This document shows, in pieces, positions 8,475-17,199 of a stretch of DNA of 57,279 nucleotides. The notes beneath the pieces are model-generated. The model made no database searches. It was given only the letters and a program-made list of their open reading frames with translations, and was not told the DNA's origin. Position 1 is the first letter of the stretch; each line of letters begins with the position of its first letter. The DNA comes from a virus (Duplodnaviria > Caudoviricetes), in the IMG/VR virus record IMGVR_UViG_3300017716_003587, positions 1 to 57,279 of that record; one strand, given 5' to 3'. The translations under genes were made by a program, and so were the position numbers.

Positions 8475-8749
8475 GCGCATCCGCCGTCGAGCGGCTGGTG
8501 GCCGCCGGCTACCAGCTCACGACCAGCCGGAAGACCACGAAGGCGTGGCCGACGGGATCAGGTCCGGATCATCGGGACTTGCTTCTGCAGGTCAGACGAC
8601 CCGACTGGGACGAGGGTCGGGCGCTCATCTACGAGGCGCAGCTCAACCCGTCCATGCGCCCCGCCGTGTCGGCGATCGAGGCAATGGAGGAGTGCGCCGA
8701 CCGAGCGGTCACCTGGCTGCTCGAGAACTTCACCGGGAGGCAACCGTGA
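8471..8749 (+). CDS. Hypothetical protein
   Basis: Coupled by overlaps at both ends. Confidence 0.65.
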   Translation: MSASAVERLVAAGYQLTTSRKTTKAWPTGSGPDHRDLLLQVRRPDWDEGRALIYEAQLNPSMRPAVSAIEAMEECADRAVTWLLENFTGRQP

Positions 8750-9318
8750 ACATGTGGTGCGACGGCTGCGGCCGTCTCGGCAACGAAGAAGACATGCTGG
8801 TCGTCGGCGACGAGTGCGTCATGGACGACTGCAACGGCACGATCCACGTCGACCTGAAGTGGCTGGACCGCAACGACCTGGAAGGGCTCGACGAGTTCGA
8901 CCTGTTGCGGGTCGCCAACGACATCCGCATCCAGTACGGCGAGGCCATCGGCGGCGCGGCCAGCCCACCGGCGAAGATCACGCGCGTCGCCCAGCTGCAC
9001 GCAGCGAGCCGAGAGGCGGCCGCGAAGATCACAGCGCTCGTCGTCGAGGACCCCTTCCCGCCGAACGGGGTGTGTGTCGAGTGTAACGGCGAGTCGTTCG
9101 CTGTGGTCGAGACCGGCTACGAGCGCAGCACGCAGATCGACCTCGAGTTCGCCGACGACGACGACGATCCCGATGGTGAGCCGTCACAGATATACACGCA
9201 GGCGTTCGGCCTGACGAACGGGTGGTCGGACTTCTCCGACGACGGCGACATCGAAACCTGTGCCTGCACCGAATGCGGGCACATCTACGAACTTCCAGGG
9301 GTGTTCGAATGGAACTGA
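8746..9318 (+). CDS. Acidic Cys-rich hypothetical protein
   Basis: CDGC, CVEC, CTEC motifs; GGGAGG RBS. Confidence 0.7.
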   Translation: MNMWCDGCGRLGNEEDMLVVGDECVMDDCNGTIHVDLKWLDRNDLEGLDEFDLLRVANDIRIQYGEAIGGAASPPAKITRVAQLHAASREAAAKITALVVEDPFPPNGVCVECNGESFAVVETGYERSTQIDLEFADDDDDPDGEPSQIYTQAFGLTNGWSDFSDDGDIETCACTECGHIYELPGVFEWN

Positions 9319-9581
9319 ACGGCGTGACGCTCGACCCGATCCTCGTCAACCGCATCGAGCAGTGGATGGGCGAGATGGTTGAGATCCAGGCGATGTACGA
9401 CGCGATCGAAGGCGACGACACGTTCGAGCCTCAGTCCTACTACCGCGCCGATGAACGGTCGACGTACGCCAACGAAGACGCCGGCCAGATCCTCGCATGG
9501 CTACTGAATCAGCTCGGCCTATGGCCCGGACGACAAGGAGCGCCAGATGATCATGAAGCTGATCCCACCCCCGGAGGGTGA
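9309..9581 (+). CDS. Hypothetical protein
   Basis: MELNGVTLDP...; codon bias. Confidence 0.6.
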   Translation: MELNGVTLDPILVNRIEQWMGEMVEIQAMYDAIEGDDTFEPQSYYRADERSTYANEDAGQILAWLLNQLGLWPGRQGAPDDHEADPTPGG

Positions 9582-9813
9582 GTCCGAAGTCCTGCAGAAG
9601 TGGCTCGACATGTGCCAGGGCTACGTCGTCACGGTCCGGCTGAAGGACCACGGGAAGCGTCACGACGTGGTCCTGTGGGACTTCTGCGAGACCGACGACG
9701 ACGGCTACCTGTGCATCAACGCCGCCGACTTCACCGAAGACGACCCGACGGACGACCGCACCAACCGGCGCAAGATCCGCACCATCGACATCTCAACCCT
9801 GGAGGTCTACTGA
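9553..9813 (+). CDS. Hypothetical protein
   Basis: AAGGAG RBS; start may be 9547. Confidence 0.65.
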   Translation: MKLIPPPEGESEVLQKWLDMCQGYVVTVRLKDHGKRHDVVLWDFCETDDDGYLCINAADFTEDDPTDDRTNRRKIRTIDISTLEVY

Positions 9814-10337
9814 TGCCTCTCATCGACTTCCCGAACTTCCCGTTCGGCCACGACATCTGCAATGACGACCGGGCCGACATGGCGCTGCCGGCCGCGCAGG
9901 CGTTCCACGACGCGTACTACTACCACGCGGGCGGTGAGCCGCTCGCCACGGTGATTCGCGACCTGATCGTCGACCTCCTCCACCTCCACGAACGGCTCGG
10001 CGAGGAGGAGCGGGACCTGGTCCCGACCGACCGGGTGTTGGCCGCCTGCGCCGACGACTACGAGACCGAGCGCAACGAGGAGCTGCCTGGCTGCTCGGAG
10101 TGCGGCCACACCGGCTACCTGCTCGGGCAGACCTACGAGAACATCGAGGTGCCCGACGGCTGGTTGCCGGTGCAGCGCTGCGACACCTGCGACGAGTTCG
10201 ACGGTGACGACAAGGCCGCCGAGTTTGTCGCGATGCGCTACGGCACCGAGTTTCGCTGGGTCGAGGGCAACAGCGAAGGCCGCTGGCCGACGATCCCCGG
10301 CGACTACATCGTCCGACTCCCCGAGGAGACCCCATGA
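9813..10337 (+). CDS. Hypothetical protein with zinc ribbon
   Basis: GGAGG RBS; IRDLIVDLLHL, CSEC...CDTC. Confidence 0.7.
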   Translation: MPLIDFPNFPFGHDICNDDRADMALPAAQAFHDAYYYHAGGEPLATVIRDLIVDLLHLHERLGEEERDLVPTDRVLAACADDYETERNEELPGCSECGHTGYLLGQTYENIEVPDGWLPVQRCDTCDEFDGDDKAAEFVAMRYGTEFRWVEGNSEGRWPTIPGDYIVRLPEETP

Positions 10338-10699
10338 GCAACAACCCACCCGCCCCGCCAGCGATCGTCGCTGCCACTCACCCCGAGCAGGGGGTGATCC
10401 GCTACTTCATGCTCGAAGACGAGGATCAGATCGGATCGGCTCGCGCCGACCTTGAGGCCAACGGCTACCAGTGGGTCCACCTCATCGACATCTACGACGC
10501 CGTCCCTCGCCGGCCGTTCATGACGGTGCGCGACGTGATCGCCACCCTCTCGAAGTGCGACCCCGATCTGCCGGTCCTGATGGACGACGGCGACGGCTGG
10601 TTCACCCATCCGAGCCAACTGATCCTGCCCTCCGAGGAGGAGGGCTACGTCCTGCCCACATTCATCACAGGTCAGGCATACGACTGCCGGGCCTGGTGA
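10334..10699 (+). CDS. Hypothetical protein
   Basis: GAGGAG RBS; MTVRDVIATLSKCDPDLPVLM motif common in phage proteins. Confidence 0.7.
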   Translation: MSNNPPAPPAIVAATHPEQGVIRYFMLEDEDQIGSARADLEANGYQWVHLIDIYDAVPRRPFMTVRDVIATLSKCDPDLPVLMDDGDGWFTHPSQLILPSEEEGYVLPTFITGQAYDCRAW

Positions 10700-10709
10700 A
10701 AGGAACATC

Positions 10710-10961
10710 ATGAAGACCATCGACCTCGGCGACAGCGCCCACACCGTCGACGACCGCGGCGTGCTCAACTACGTCGCCGGTGACTACCGGTACGCGGTCA
10801 GGCTGCCGATCCGCGCCGCCTGCGTCAGCGTCCACCCGCTCAAGGGCGACCGAGCCCAACTCAGCCTCGGCTCGCTCGAGAAGACCACGGTCGTGCTGAC
10901 TGGCCCGACCACCACCATCGACGCACTGTTCACCCAGTGCGGGGGAGCGCCCATTGCCTGA
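10710..10961 (+). CDS. Hypothetical protein
   Basis: GAAAGGA RBS. Confidence 0.7.
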   Translation: MKTIDLGDSAHTVDDRGVLNYVAGDYRYAVRLPIRAACVSVHPLKGDRAQLSLGSLEKTTVVLTGPTTTIDALFTQCGGAPIA

Positions 10962-11208
10962 CCTCGACATCATCAAGCTGCTCGAAGATCGCGCCTTCGG
11001 GATGCGCGCCATCGAGGAGATCGACTTCGGTCTGCTCGACGATCCTGACGACCTCCCCCCGGTCGTCGTGCTCCGTTCCGGGCGCGTCCAGATCGTGCTG
11101 ATCCCGACCGTCGATGACGACCTCATCGACTTCGAGGTGCACGCGTTCGGTGACGGCATGAAGTACGACCACGACGTCCACGCGTACACGGTCCGGTTGC
11201 AGACATAG
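10954..11208 (+). CDS. Acidic hypothetical protein (TTG start)
   Basis: GGGGAG RBS then TTG at 10954. Confidence 0.65.
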   Translation: MPDLDIIKLLEDRAFGMRAIEEIDFGLLDDPDDLPPVVVLRSGRVQIVLIPTVDDDLIDFEVHAFGDGMKYDHDVHAYTVRLQT

Positions 11209-11235
11209 AACAGATGTACTAACATCTGATACACG
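11207..11235. promoter_or_regulatory. Candidate promoter/operator: SOS-like AGAACagatGTACT overlapping palindrome CAGATGT-acta-ACATCTG and TAACAT -10
   Basis: AT-rich intergenic gap before the recombination/regulation block. Confidence 0.5.
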
Positions 11236-11247
11236 AAAGGTGGTGCG

Positions 11248-11754
11248 GTGCGAAAGAAGCAGATCGAACTCGAGCAGGCCGTCATCCGAGCCGCGCGCGC
11301 GTACGTCTCGGGGTCTTGGTCTGCGTCGAGCAGCGCGACCCTGAGCGAAGCAGTTGCGGCAAGCCGGGCCTTGAGCGAGGCAGTCGCCGAACTGGACGCG
11401 CACAAGCCGGCGAGGCGCCTGGACGCCCCCGGCCGCTGGGTCGAAGGCGCCCCCGAAACGTCGGAGCGAGCAGCCCAGCTGGCCCGTCCCGCCCTCGCGA
11501 CGACGCGTCGGCAGATCATCGAGCAGATCGCCGCCTACGGGCAGGGCGAGATGCGAGGGTTCACCGACCAGGAGCTCGAACGGCGGCTGAAGAAGTCGCA
11601 CACCACGGTGTCGTCGGCCCGCAACTTCCTTGTCGAGGGCGGCTGGCTGTGCGACTCCGGATACGTCCGCAAGAACATGTCCGGCCGTGACGCGGTGGTG
11701 TGGGAACTCACCCCGGCCGCACGTGTGGCCGTGACCGAATGGGCCTCGTCATGA
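11248..11754 (+). CDS. Winged-helix DNA-binding protein
   Basis: GFTDQELERRLKKSHTTVSSARNFLVEGGWLCDSG...SGRDAVVW. Confidence 0.7.
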   Translation: MRKKQIELEQAVIRAARAYVSGSWSASSSATLSEAVAASRALSEAVAELDAHKPARRLDAPGRWVEGAPETSERAAQLARPALATTRRQIIEQIAAYGQGEMRGFTDQELERRLKKSHTTVSSARNFLVEGGWLCDSGYVRKNMSGRDAVVWELTPAARVAVTEWASS

Positions 11755-11909
11755 GGGCGGCGCTGTTCTCAACCCGCACCGCCCTCACCGGGTTCACTCT
11801 CGGCCTGTCCGGCGTGACCCAGGGATTCACCTGGCTCCACACCACGCTGCTGTGTATCTGCATCGTCGCAGTGATCGAGCTGGCCATCTACGAAGCGAAG
11901 GAGGGCTGA
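11751..11909 (+). CDS. Small membrane protein
   Basis: Two hydrophobic segments; coupling. Confidence 0.55.
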   Translation: MRAALFSTRTALTGFTLGLSGVTQGFTWLHTTLLCICIVAVIELAIYEAKEG

Positions 11910-12253
11910 TGCCGAAGGGCACATCCGGGAAGCTGCGAGCGACCCGCAAGCCGCCAGCGAAAGCTGAGGCGAAGGAGTACCACATCCAGACCGGCACGAG
12001 GAACCACCTCGCCCCGGTGCTGCACTACGCCACGATCACCTCGGTGAAGGACCGGGCGCTCGCCGCCCTGTACGAGTGGGAGACGTGGTGCCGTCGACAC
12101 AACAACGCCGGCATCCCGGCGATCGCCGCGGCACGCGACGAGGTCAACAAGTTCAACGAGGTGCCGGACGGGCAGCGGCACCGCATCGAGTGCGATTTCG
12201 ATCCAGACGTGACGGGGAGCCACCTCGTCATCATCAAGTGGAAGGGGAAGTGA
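11909..12253 (+). CDS. Hypothetical protein
   Basis: AAGGAGG RBS; TGATG coupling. Confidence 0.7.
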   Translation: MPKGTSGKLRATRKPPAKAEAKEYHIQTGTRNHLAPVLHYATITSVKDRALAALYEWETWCRRHNNAGIPAIAAARDEVNKFNEVPDGQRHRIECDFDPDVTGSHLVIIKWKGK

Positions 12254-13167
12254 TGGCAGTAGCCAAGAAGTCAGAGCCGGTCGCCGAGGCGCCGGTGGAA
12301 CCGGAGGCGGTGGAACCGCCGAAGCCGGCGCCGCGCAACGTGATCGAAGCGATCGCACGTGTGGAGCTGGAGATCGGCGGCATCGCCAAGCTGACGCCGG
12401 AACAGCGACGGCGCCTCACCGGGGTGGCCGGGGAGAGCGGCGGGATCTCGTTCGCCTACCGTGGCATCGACCAGATCGCGGCCGCCGCGCAGCAGCTGTT
12501 CGGCGAGTACGGGGTGGTTCTGGTGCCGAACATCGTCTCGATGGATGTCGAGAAGGTGCTCAAGGGCTTCAACGCCACGGCGGAGAGCACCCAGTGGACC
12601 CGCACCACGCTGACGGTCCGCTACGACATGTACGGGCCCGGTGGCGTCGACGACATGATCTCGTCGACCGTGATCGGTGTCGGTGACGACAACTCCGACA
12701 AGGGCGCGAACAAGGCGGCGACGGCAGCGTTCAAGAACCTGCTGTTGCGCATCCTCTGCATCGGCGACCCGCAGGACGACACCGACCAGTACCAGGACCC
12801 GAACCCGGGCAACGGGCACGCCCCTGCGCCTGCGCCGGCCGACCCGATCAAGGTGCTGTTCGATCGGGTGAAGCAGTACGGGGGCACCCCATTCGCTGAC
12901 GAGATGATGGATGCGGCGAAGGCGTCGAACCTGAAGCTGACCGAGAAGAACCTGAAGGACAACACGGTCCTGCGCACGAAGATCACCGAGATCCTCGACG
13001 CCGCCGACGCGTGGGCCGAGCAGGAACGTGCCCGGGAAGCCGATGAGGCGAACGCGCCGGTGACCGAGGACGCCGCGGTCGAGATGGTCACCGAGATCCT
13101 CGGAGCCGAAGCGGTCCAGGCCGGGCTCGACGAGGTCGCCGACGGTGAAGCGAGGGATGCGGGCTGA
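12253..13167 (+). CDS. erf: ERF-family ssDNA-annealing recombinase
   Basis: FAYRGIDQI...GVVLVP...GVGDDNSDKGANKAATAAFKNLLLRILCI...DDTD. Confidence 0.8.
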   Translation: MAVAKKSEPVAEAPVEPEAVEPPKPAPRNVIEAIARVELEIGGIAKLTPEQRRRLTGVAGESGGISFAYRGIDQIAAAAQQLFGEYGVVLVPNIVSMDVEKVLKGFNATAESTQWTRTTLTVRYDMYGPGGVDDMISSTVIGVGDDNSDKGANKAATAAFKNLLLRILCIGDPQDDTDQYQDPNPGNGHAPAPAPADPIKVLFDRVKQYGGTPFADEMMDAAKASNLKLTEKNLKDNTVLRTKITEILDAADAWAEQERAREADEANAPVTEDAAVEMVTEILGAEAVQAGLDEVADGEARDAG

Positions 13168-13658
13168 TGGCCGACCAGATCACCCAGGGTGACGTCGAAG
13201 CGTTCGTCGACGTCCTCACCCTCATCACCGAACAGTCCGACGAGTACAGCCTCGAAGCGGCGATCACGCTGAAGACCGAACTCGAAGCGGTCATCAAGGC
13301 GGCGAAGGAGACGTGCTCGCTGCTGGAGACGCAGATCCGCAAGCAGCTCGACGGCGCCACCACGGCGGTCGTCGGCACGAAGAAGGCGACGCTGAAGCCG
13401 AACGCTCCGAAGTGGGAGCCGAACCACGGCAAGATCCGCAAGCTGGTCGTGTCCCGGTCGCTCGTCGACGAAGACGGAGAGCGTGTCGCACTCCCGCAGG
13501 AGGCGGCCGAGCAGGCGGTCGAGATCATGTACCAGATGTTCGTCGCCCCGTCCGACATGCCGAAGGCCGGCGCCCTGAAGGCGCTGCGGATCTTCCAGGA
13601 AGACGTCGCCGACAAGAAGGACACGGGCGACAAGCTGGTGATCTCCGATGCTGAGTGA
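13167..13658 (+). CDS. Hypothetical protein in recombination module
   Basis: Coupled ORF with helical N-terminus. Confidence 0.75.
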   Translation: MADQITQGDVEAFVDVLTLITEQSDEYSLEAAITLKTELEAVIKAAKETCSLLETQIRKQLDGATTAVVGTKKATLKPNAPKWEPNHGKIRKLVVSRSLVDEDGERVALPQEAAEQAVEIMYQMFVAPSDMPKAGALKALRIFQEDVADKKDTGDKLVISDAE

Positions 13659-14010
13659 GCTCCCGCTCACCCCGGTCGACTACATCTCGCTGCCGCCGTA
13701 CACGCTGCTCGAGGAGTATCGGGGTGGCGCGCACCACGCGCAGATCATCTACGACATCGAGTCGGCTGCGATCTACGCCTGGAACCGGATGAACAGTTCG
13801 GCCGACTGCCTGATGCTCACCGACGCACGCGGGCAGCTGATTCTCGGTCGGCTCGACCGGCTCTACGTGGTGACCGAGGAGATGTTCATCGTCACCCGTC
13901 ATGTCCTGCCCGACCAGCTGGCCGAGTCGGTCGACGAGTGGGAGATGATGGTCCGTCAGGTGCGGGTGAGTGCCGAGTTCTTGAAGGAGCAGGGCGCATG
14001 GCCACTGTGA
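13648..14010 (+). CDS. Hypothetical protein
   Basis: ORF, codon bias. Confidence 0.65.
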   Translation: MLSELPLTPVDYISLPPYTLLEEYRGGAHHAQIIYDIESAAIYAWNRMNSSADCLMLTDARGQLILGRLDRLYVVTEEMFIVTRHVLPDQLAESVDEWEMMVRQVRVSAEFLKEQGAWPL

Positions 14011-14387
14011 CCTTCGAGGGCTCGTTCCCCGCTGCGCTGTTGAACATGAACGACGGCAACGGCACGCCGTGGGAGCGAAGGCAGCTGAAGGAGCGGCGCG
14101 AGGCCTGGCACCAGCTCGGCTGGGCGATGGGCAACTCGCGCCGGCCGAAGCCCCGACCGGTCGGGGTGGCGGTGGTGACGTTGGAGATCGGGACGAACCG
14201 CCCGAACCAGCGTCGAGACCCGCACAACTTCATGCCGACGATGAAGTACCTGATCGACGGGTTCACGTCGGCCGGCATCTGGCCCGACGACGACTCGAAG
14301 CATGTCCGGACGAACGAGCCGGTGTTCACGACAGCGATCCCACCGAAGACGGTGCGGGTCACGATCCAATGGGAGGAACCCGCATGA
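13998..14387 (+). CDS. rusA: RusA-like Holliday junction resolvase
   Basis: RRDPHNFMPTMKYLIDGFTSAGIWPDDDSKHV fits the RusA D-x-x-N...K...D...DD signature. Confidence 0.75.
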   Translation: MATVTFEGSFPAALLNMNDGNGTPWERRQLKERREAWHQLGWAMGNSRRPKPRPVGVAVVTLEIGTNRPNQRRDPHNFMPTMKYLIDGFTSAGIWPDDDSKHVRTNEPVFTTAIPPKTVRVTIQWEEPA

Positions 14388-14965
14388 CGGACGCGGAGAG
14401 CCGATGGTGGGATTCGCTCGGCGAGTACATGTTCGACAACGCCTACGGCGTCCCGCACTACGACGTCGAAGCGGTCGGCCTGTTCGTCGTCGAGCAACTG
14501 TCGATCGGGCTGCGGCACAGGGTGCTCGACATCGGCTGCGGCCCTGGCCGTCTCGCTCGCGACGTCATCACCCGGTCCGGCTGTGCGCTGGTCGGCATCG
14601 ATGTGGCGCCGAGCATGGTCACGGTCGCCCAGGATGGCGGGCTCGGGACGTACCTGGTGTCGGACGGCTTCAGCATCCCGGTCATGGGCCCGTTCGATGC
14701 GATCTACGCAGTCACCGTCTTCCAGCACATCCGCCACACCATCGTGCGCGGCTACATGCGCCAGGCGCTCGACCGGCTGGCGCCGGGCGGGCGGATGCTG
14801 TTCAGCTACGCCGACGGCGACGAGGAGGGGTTCCTCTCCCATCAGGCGACGACGGCGAGCATGATGGCGTGGATGTACGAGGCCGGCTTCGGCAACGTGC
14901 GCCAGGTCCCCACCCCGCCCACTCATCCCGCCTGGGGTTGGATGATCGCCGAGGCCCCCCGATGA
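14384..14965 (+). CDS. Class I SAM-dependent methyltransferase
   Basis: VLDIGCGPG, GIDVAPSM, FDAIYAVTVFQH, LAPGGRMLF. Confidence 0.85.
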   Translation: MTDAESRWWDSLGEYMFDNAYGVPHYDVEAVGLFVVEQLSIGLRHRVLDIGCGPGRLARDVITRSGCALVGIDVAPSMVTVAQDGGLGTYLVSDGFSIPVMGPFDAIYAVTVFQHIRHTIVRGYMRQALDRLAPGGRMLFSYADGDEEGFLSHQATTASMMAWMYEAGFGNVRQVPTPPTHPAWGWMIAEAPR

Positions 14966-15639
14966 CCGACGAGATCTACGCGGCGACGTCGTGGCCGACG
15001 AACGCCGACATGATGGTCGACGTCGTCCGGCTCGGGATCATCCGACCGACCGACTCGGTGATCGACATGACCTACGGGCGGGGCATCTGGTGGAAGAAGT
15101 ACACCCACCCCGGAGAGTTCGTCGCGATGTGCGGCATGGCGAAGCATCAGCCACCGCCGGCCGACAACGTGACGGCGATGGTCGGCTTCGACTTTCGCGA
15201 CACCCGCCTGCCAGACGCCCTGTTCAACGTCGCCTGCTACGACCCGCCGTACGTGTCGAAGGGTGGTCGCGAGACGTCGACGATCCCCGACTTCGATGGC
15301 CGCTACGGGCTCGTCGAAGCCCCGTCGACCCCGCGGGACCTCCACGACTACAACGCCGACGGCTTCCGTGAGGCGGTCCGGATCACGAAGCCGGGCGGCT
15401 TCATCCTCGTGAAGTGCATGGACTACATCAGCTCAGGGAAGCTGCAGATGGGGTCGGTGTGGATGTACGAGGAGGCCGAGTCGATGGGCATCCAGGTCTA
15501 CGATCGTCTGATACACGTTGGGTCACCCGGCCCGCAACCGAAAGACAACCTCGACGGCTCTGCCAGACGGCAGGTCCACGCCCGCAACAACTACTCGACC
15601 CTCTGGGTCTTCAAGAAGCCCGGGAGGCGACGCAAGTGA
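14962..15639 (+). CDS. Probable DNA amino-methyltransferase (N6A/N4C)
   Basis: VIDMTYGRG SAM motif; DPPY catalytic motif; RITKPGGFILVKCMD. Confidence 0.75.
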   Translation: MTDEIYAATSWPTNADMMVDVVRLGIIRPTDSVIDMTYGRGIWWKKYTHPGEFVAMCGMAKHQPPPADNVTAMVGFDFRDTRLPDALFNVACYDPPYVSKGGRETSTIPDFDGRYGLVEAPSTPRDLHDYNADGFREAVRITKPGGFILVKCMDYISSGKLQMGSVWMYEEAESMGIQVYDRLIHVGSPGPQPKDNLDGSARRQVHARNNYSTLWVFKKPGRRRK

Positions 15640-15917
15640 GCAACCGACCAGCACACCGCACCTACGATGAGAGCGGCCTGATCGCTCTCCGATTCATCAA
15701 GCGGATGGTCGCCGAGCGCGGCTACCCGCCGTCCCGGCAGGAGATCGCCGAGGAACTCGAGCTTTCGTCCAAGAGTTCGACGCAGCCGATCATGGAACGC
15801 CTTGTCGAGCGCGGCCTGCTGCGGGTCGCGAACGGCGACTACAAGGCCCGCAACCGGGCCATCACCATCACCGAGGCCGGCATGAAGGCCATCACAGAGG
15901 AGGCAGGAAGTGCCTGA
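15636..15917 (+). CDS. Stand-alone LexA-like DNA-binding domain (no peptidase S24 domain)
   Basis: FIKRMVAERGYPPSRQEIAEELELSSKSSTQPIMERLVERGLLR...RAITI; 93 aa. Confidence 0.8.
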   Translation: MSNRPAHRTYDESGLIALRFIKRMVAERGYPPSRQEIAEELELSSKSSTQPIMERLVERGLLRVANGDYKARNRAITITEAGMKAITEEAGSA

Positions 15918-16398
15918 CAACACCATCACCATCGTCGGGAACATCACCCGCGACCCGGAACTCCGGTTCACCACCGGCGGCAAGGGCATCGCCAGCTTCG
16001 GGCTCGCGTGCAACCGGCGCTGGCAGCAGAACGGCGAGTGGCAGGAGAAGGTGTCGTTCTTCAACGTCACCGCCTGGGACACGCTCGGCGAGAACGCTGC
16101 GGCCAGCTTCACGAAGGGTGACCGGGTCATCGTCACCGGCCGCCTCGAGCAGCGCGAGTACGAGACGAAGGAAGGCGAGAAGCGCAACGTCGTCGAGATC
16201 GTCGCCGACGAGATCGGTGCGTCGATCAAGTGGGCGACCGTCACGGTCCAGCGCACCGAGCGCACCTCGCAGGGCGGCGGCGCCCGCAAGGGTGGTGGCC
16301 GACAGCCGACCGGCGAGCCGGTGTACGGCGACGAGGAGCCGTTCGCCGACCTCGGCGCTCACCGCTTCGAGTTCCGGAACATGGCGGCTGAGCTGTGA
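15910..16398 (+). CDS. ssb: Single-stranded DNA-binding protein
   Basis: TITIVGNITRDPELRFT...GDRVIVTGRLEQREYETKEGEKR...DEEPF plus extension. Confidence 0.95.
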   Translation: MPDNTITIVGNITRDPELRFTTGGKGIASFGLACNRRWQQNGEWQEKVSFFNVTAWDTLGENAAASFTKGDRVIVTGRLEQREYETKEGEKRNVVEIVADEIGASIKWATVTVQRTERTSQGGGARKGGGRQPTGEPVYGDEEPFADLGAHRFEFRNMAAEL

Positions 16399-16700
16399 TG
16401 GACATCGAGACGATCCACACCCTCGCCGCCGACGCCACCCGGGCAAGCGGCAACCGCTACACGGCGAAGCGCCGGCTGCTCATCGACACCCTGTTCCGGC
16501 TGGGGGAGGCGACGGTGCCGCAGATCCTCGAAGCGGAGCCGGGCCTCGCTCAGTCGTCGACGTACCGCCAGCTGCTCGAGTTCTTCAACTGCGGGCTCAC
16601 CCGCTACCTCGGCCGGACCGGGATCCACGCTGTGTGGGTGCTCGCTCCGACGGTGAAGCGCTGCGACTGCTGCGGCCAGATCCTGATCGGAGAGTCGTGA
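16398..16700 (+). CDS. Fur-like winged-helix protein
   Basis: RYTAKRRLLIDTL...TVPQILEAEPGLAQSSTYRQL; C-terminal CDCCG. Confidence 0.6.
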   Translation: MDIETIHTLAADATRASGNRYTAKRRLLIDTLFRLGEATVPQILEAEPGLAQSSTYRQLLEFFNCGLTRYLGRTGIHAVWVLAPTVKRCDCCGQILIGES

Positions 16701-16978
16701 GCGACAATCGCGACGAGACGCCGGGCATCCGCATGGTGCCCGAGGCAGTGATGCCACCGCAGATCACCTCCCACTACGTCGAGTCGTGTGCGATGCACTC
16801 CCGGTCGCAGGGCTGGATCCCTGCGGTGCGGCTGCTGATCGAGCTCGAAGACGGGACGGGGATCGTCGGCGTCATCACTTCGGCCGACGTGCCCGCCCTT
16901 CAGGCTGCGCTCGGGACCGCGGCTGCGAGGGCCGTGCTCGACGTCGCCATCTTCGAGGTCGAAGGGCCGCGGCCATGA
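16697..16978 (+). CDS. Hypothetical protein
   Basis: GGAGAG RBS, GTGA overlap. Confidence 0.65.
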   Translation: MSDNRDETPGIRMVPEAVMPPQITSHYVESCAMHSRSQGWIPAVRLLIELEDGTGIVGVITSADVPALQAALGTAAARAVLDVAIFEVEGPRP

Positions 16979-17199
16979 GCGACACGTCCGAGCGGCTGGA
17001 GCGGATGCGGAAGCTGAACGACATGCGGCGCGAGTCGCCCGACGTCGCCGCGATGGTGCGGGGGGTGCTCGCCGCCGAGGAGCTGGAGTCGCTGTCCGGG
17101 CTCGTCGAGCGCGACCCGGAGGTGTTCGATGCCCTGTACGAGATGTGCGAGGAGTTCCTCGGGCTCGAGGTCTCCAACCCCGACCAGTGGAGGCTGTGA
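16975..17199 (+). CDS. Hypothetical protein
   Basis: MSDTSERLERMRK...; ATGA overlap. Confidence 0.65.
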   Translation: MSDTSERLERMRKLNDMRRESPDVAAMVRGVLAAEELESLSGLVERDPEVFDALYEMCEEFLGLEVSNPDQWRL

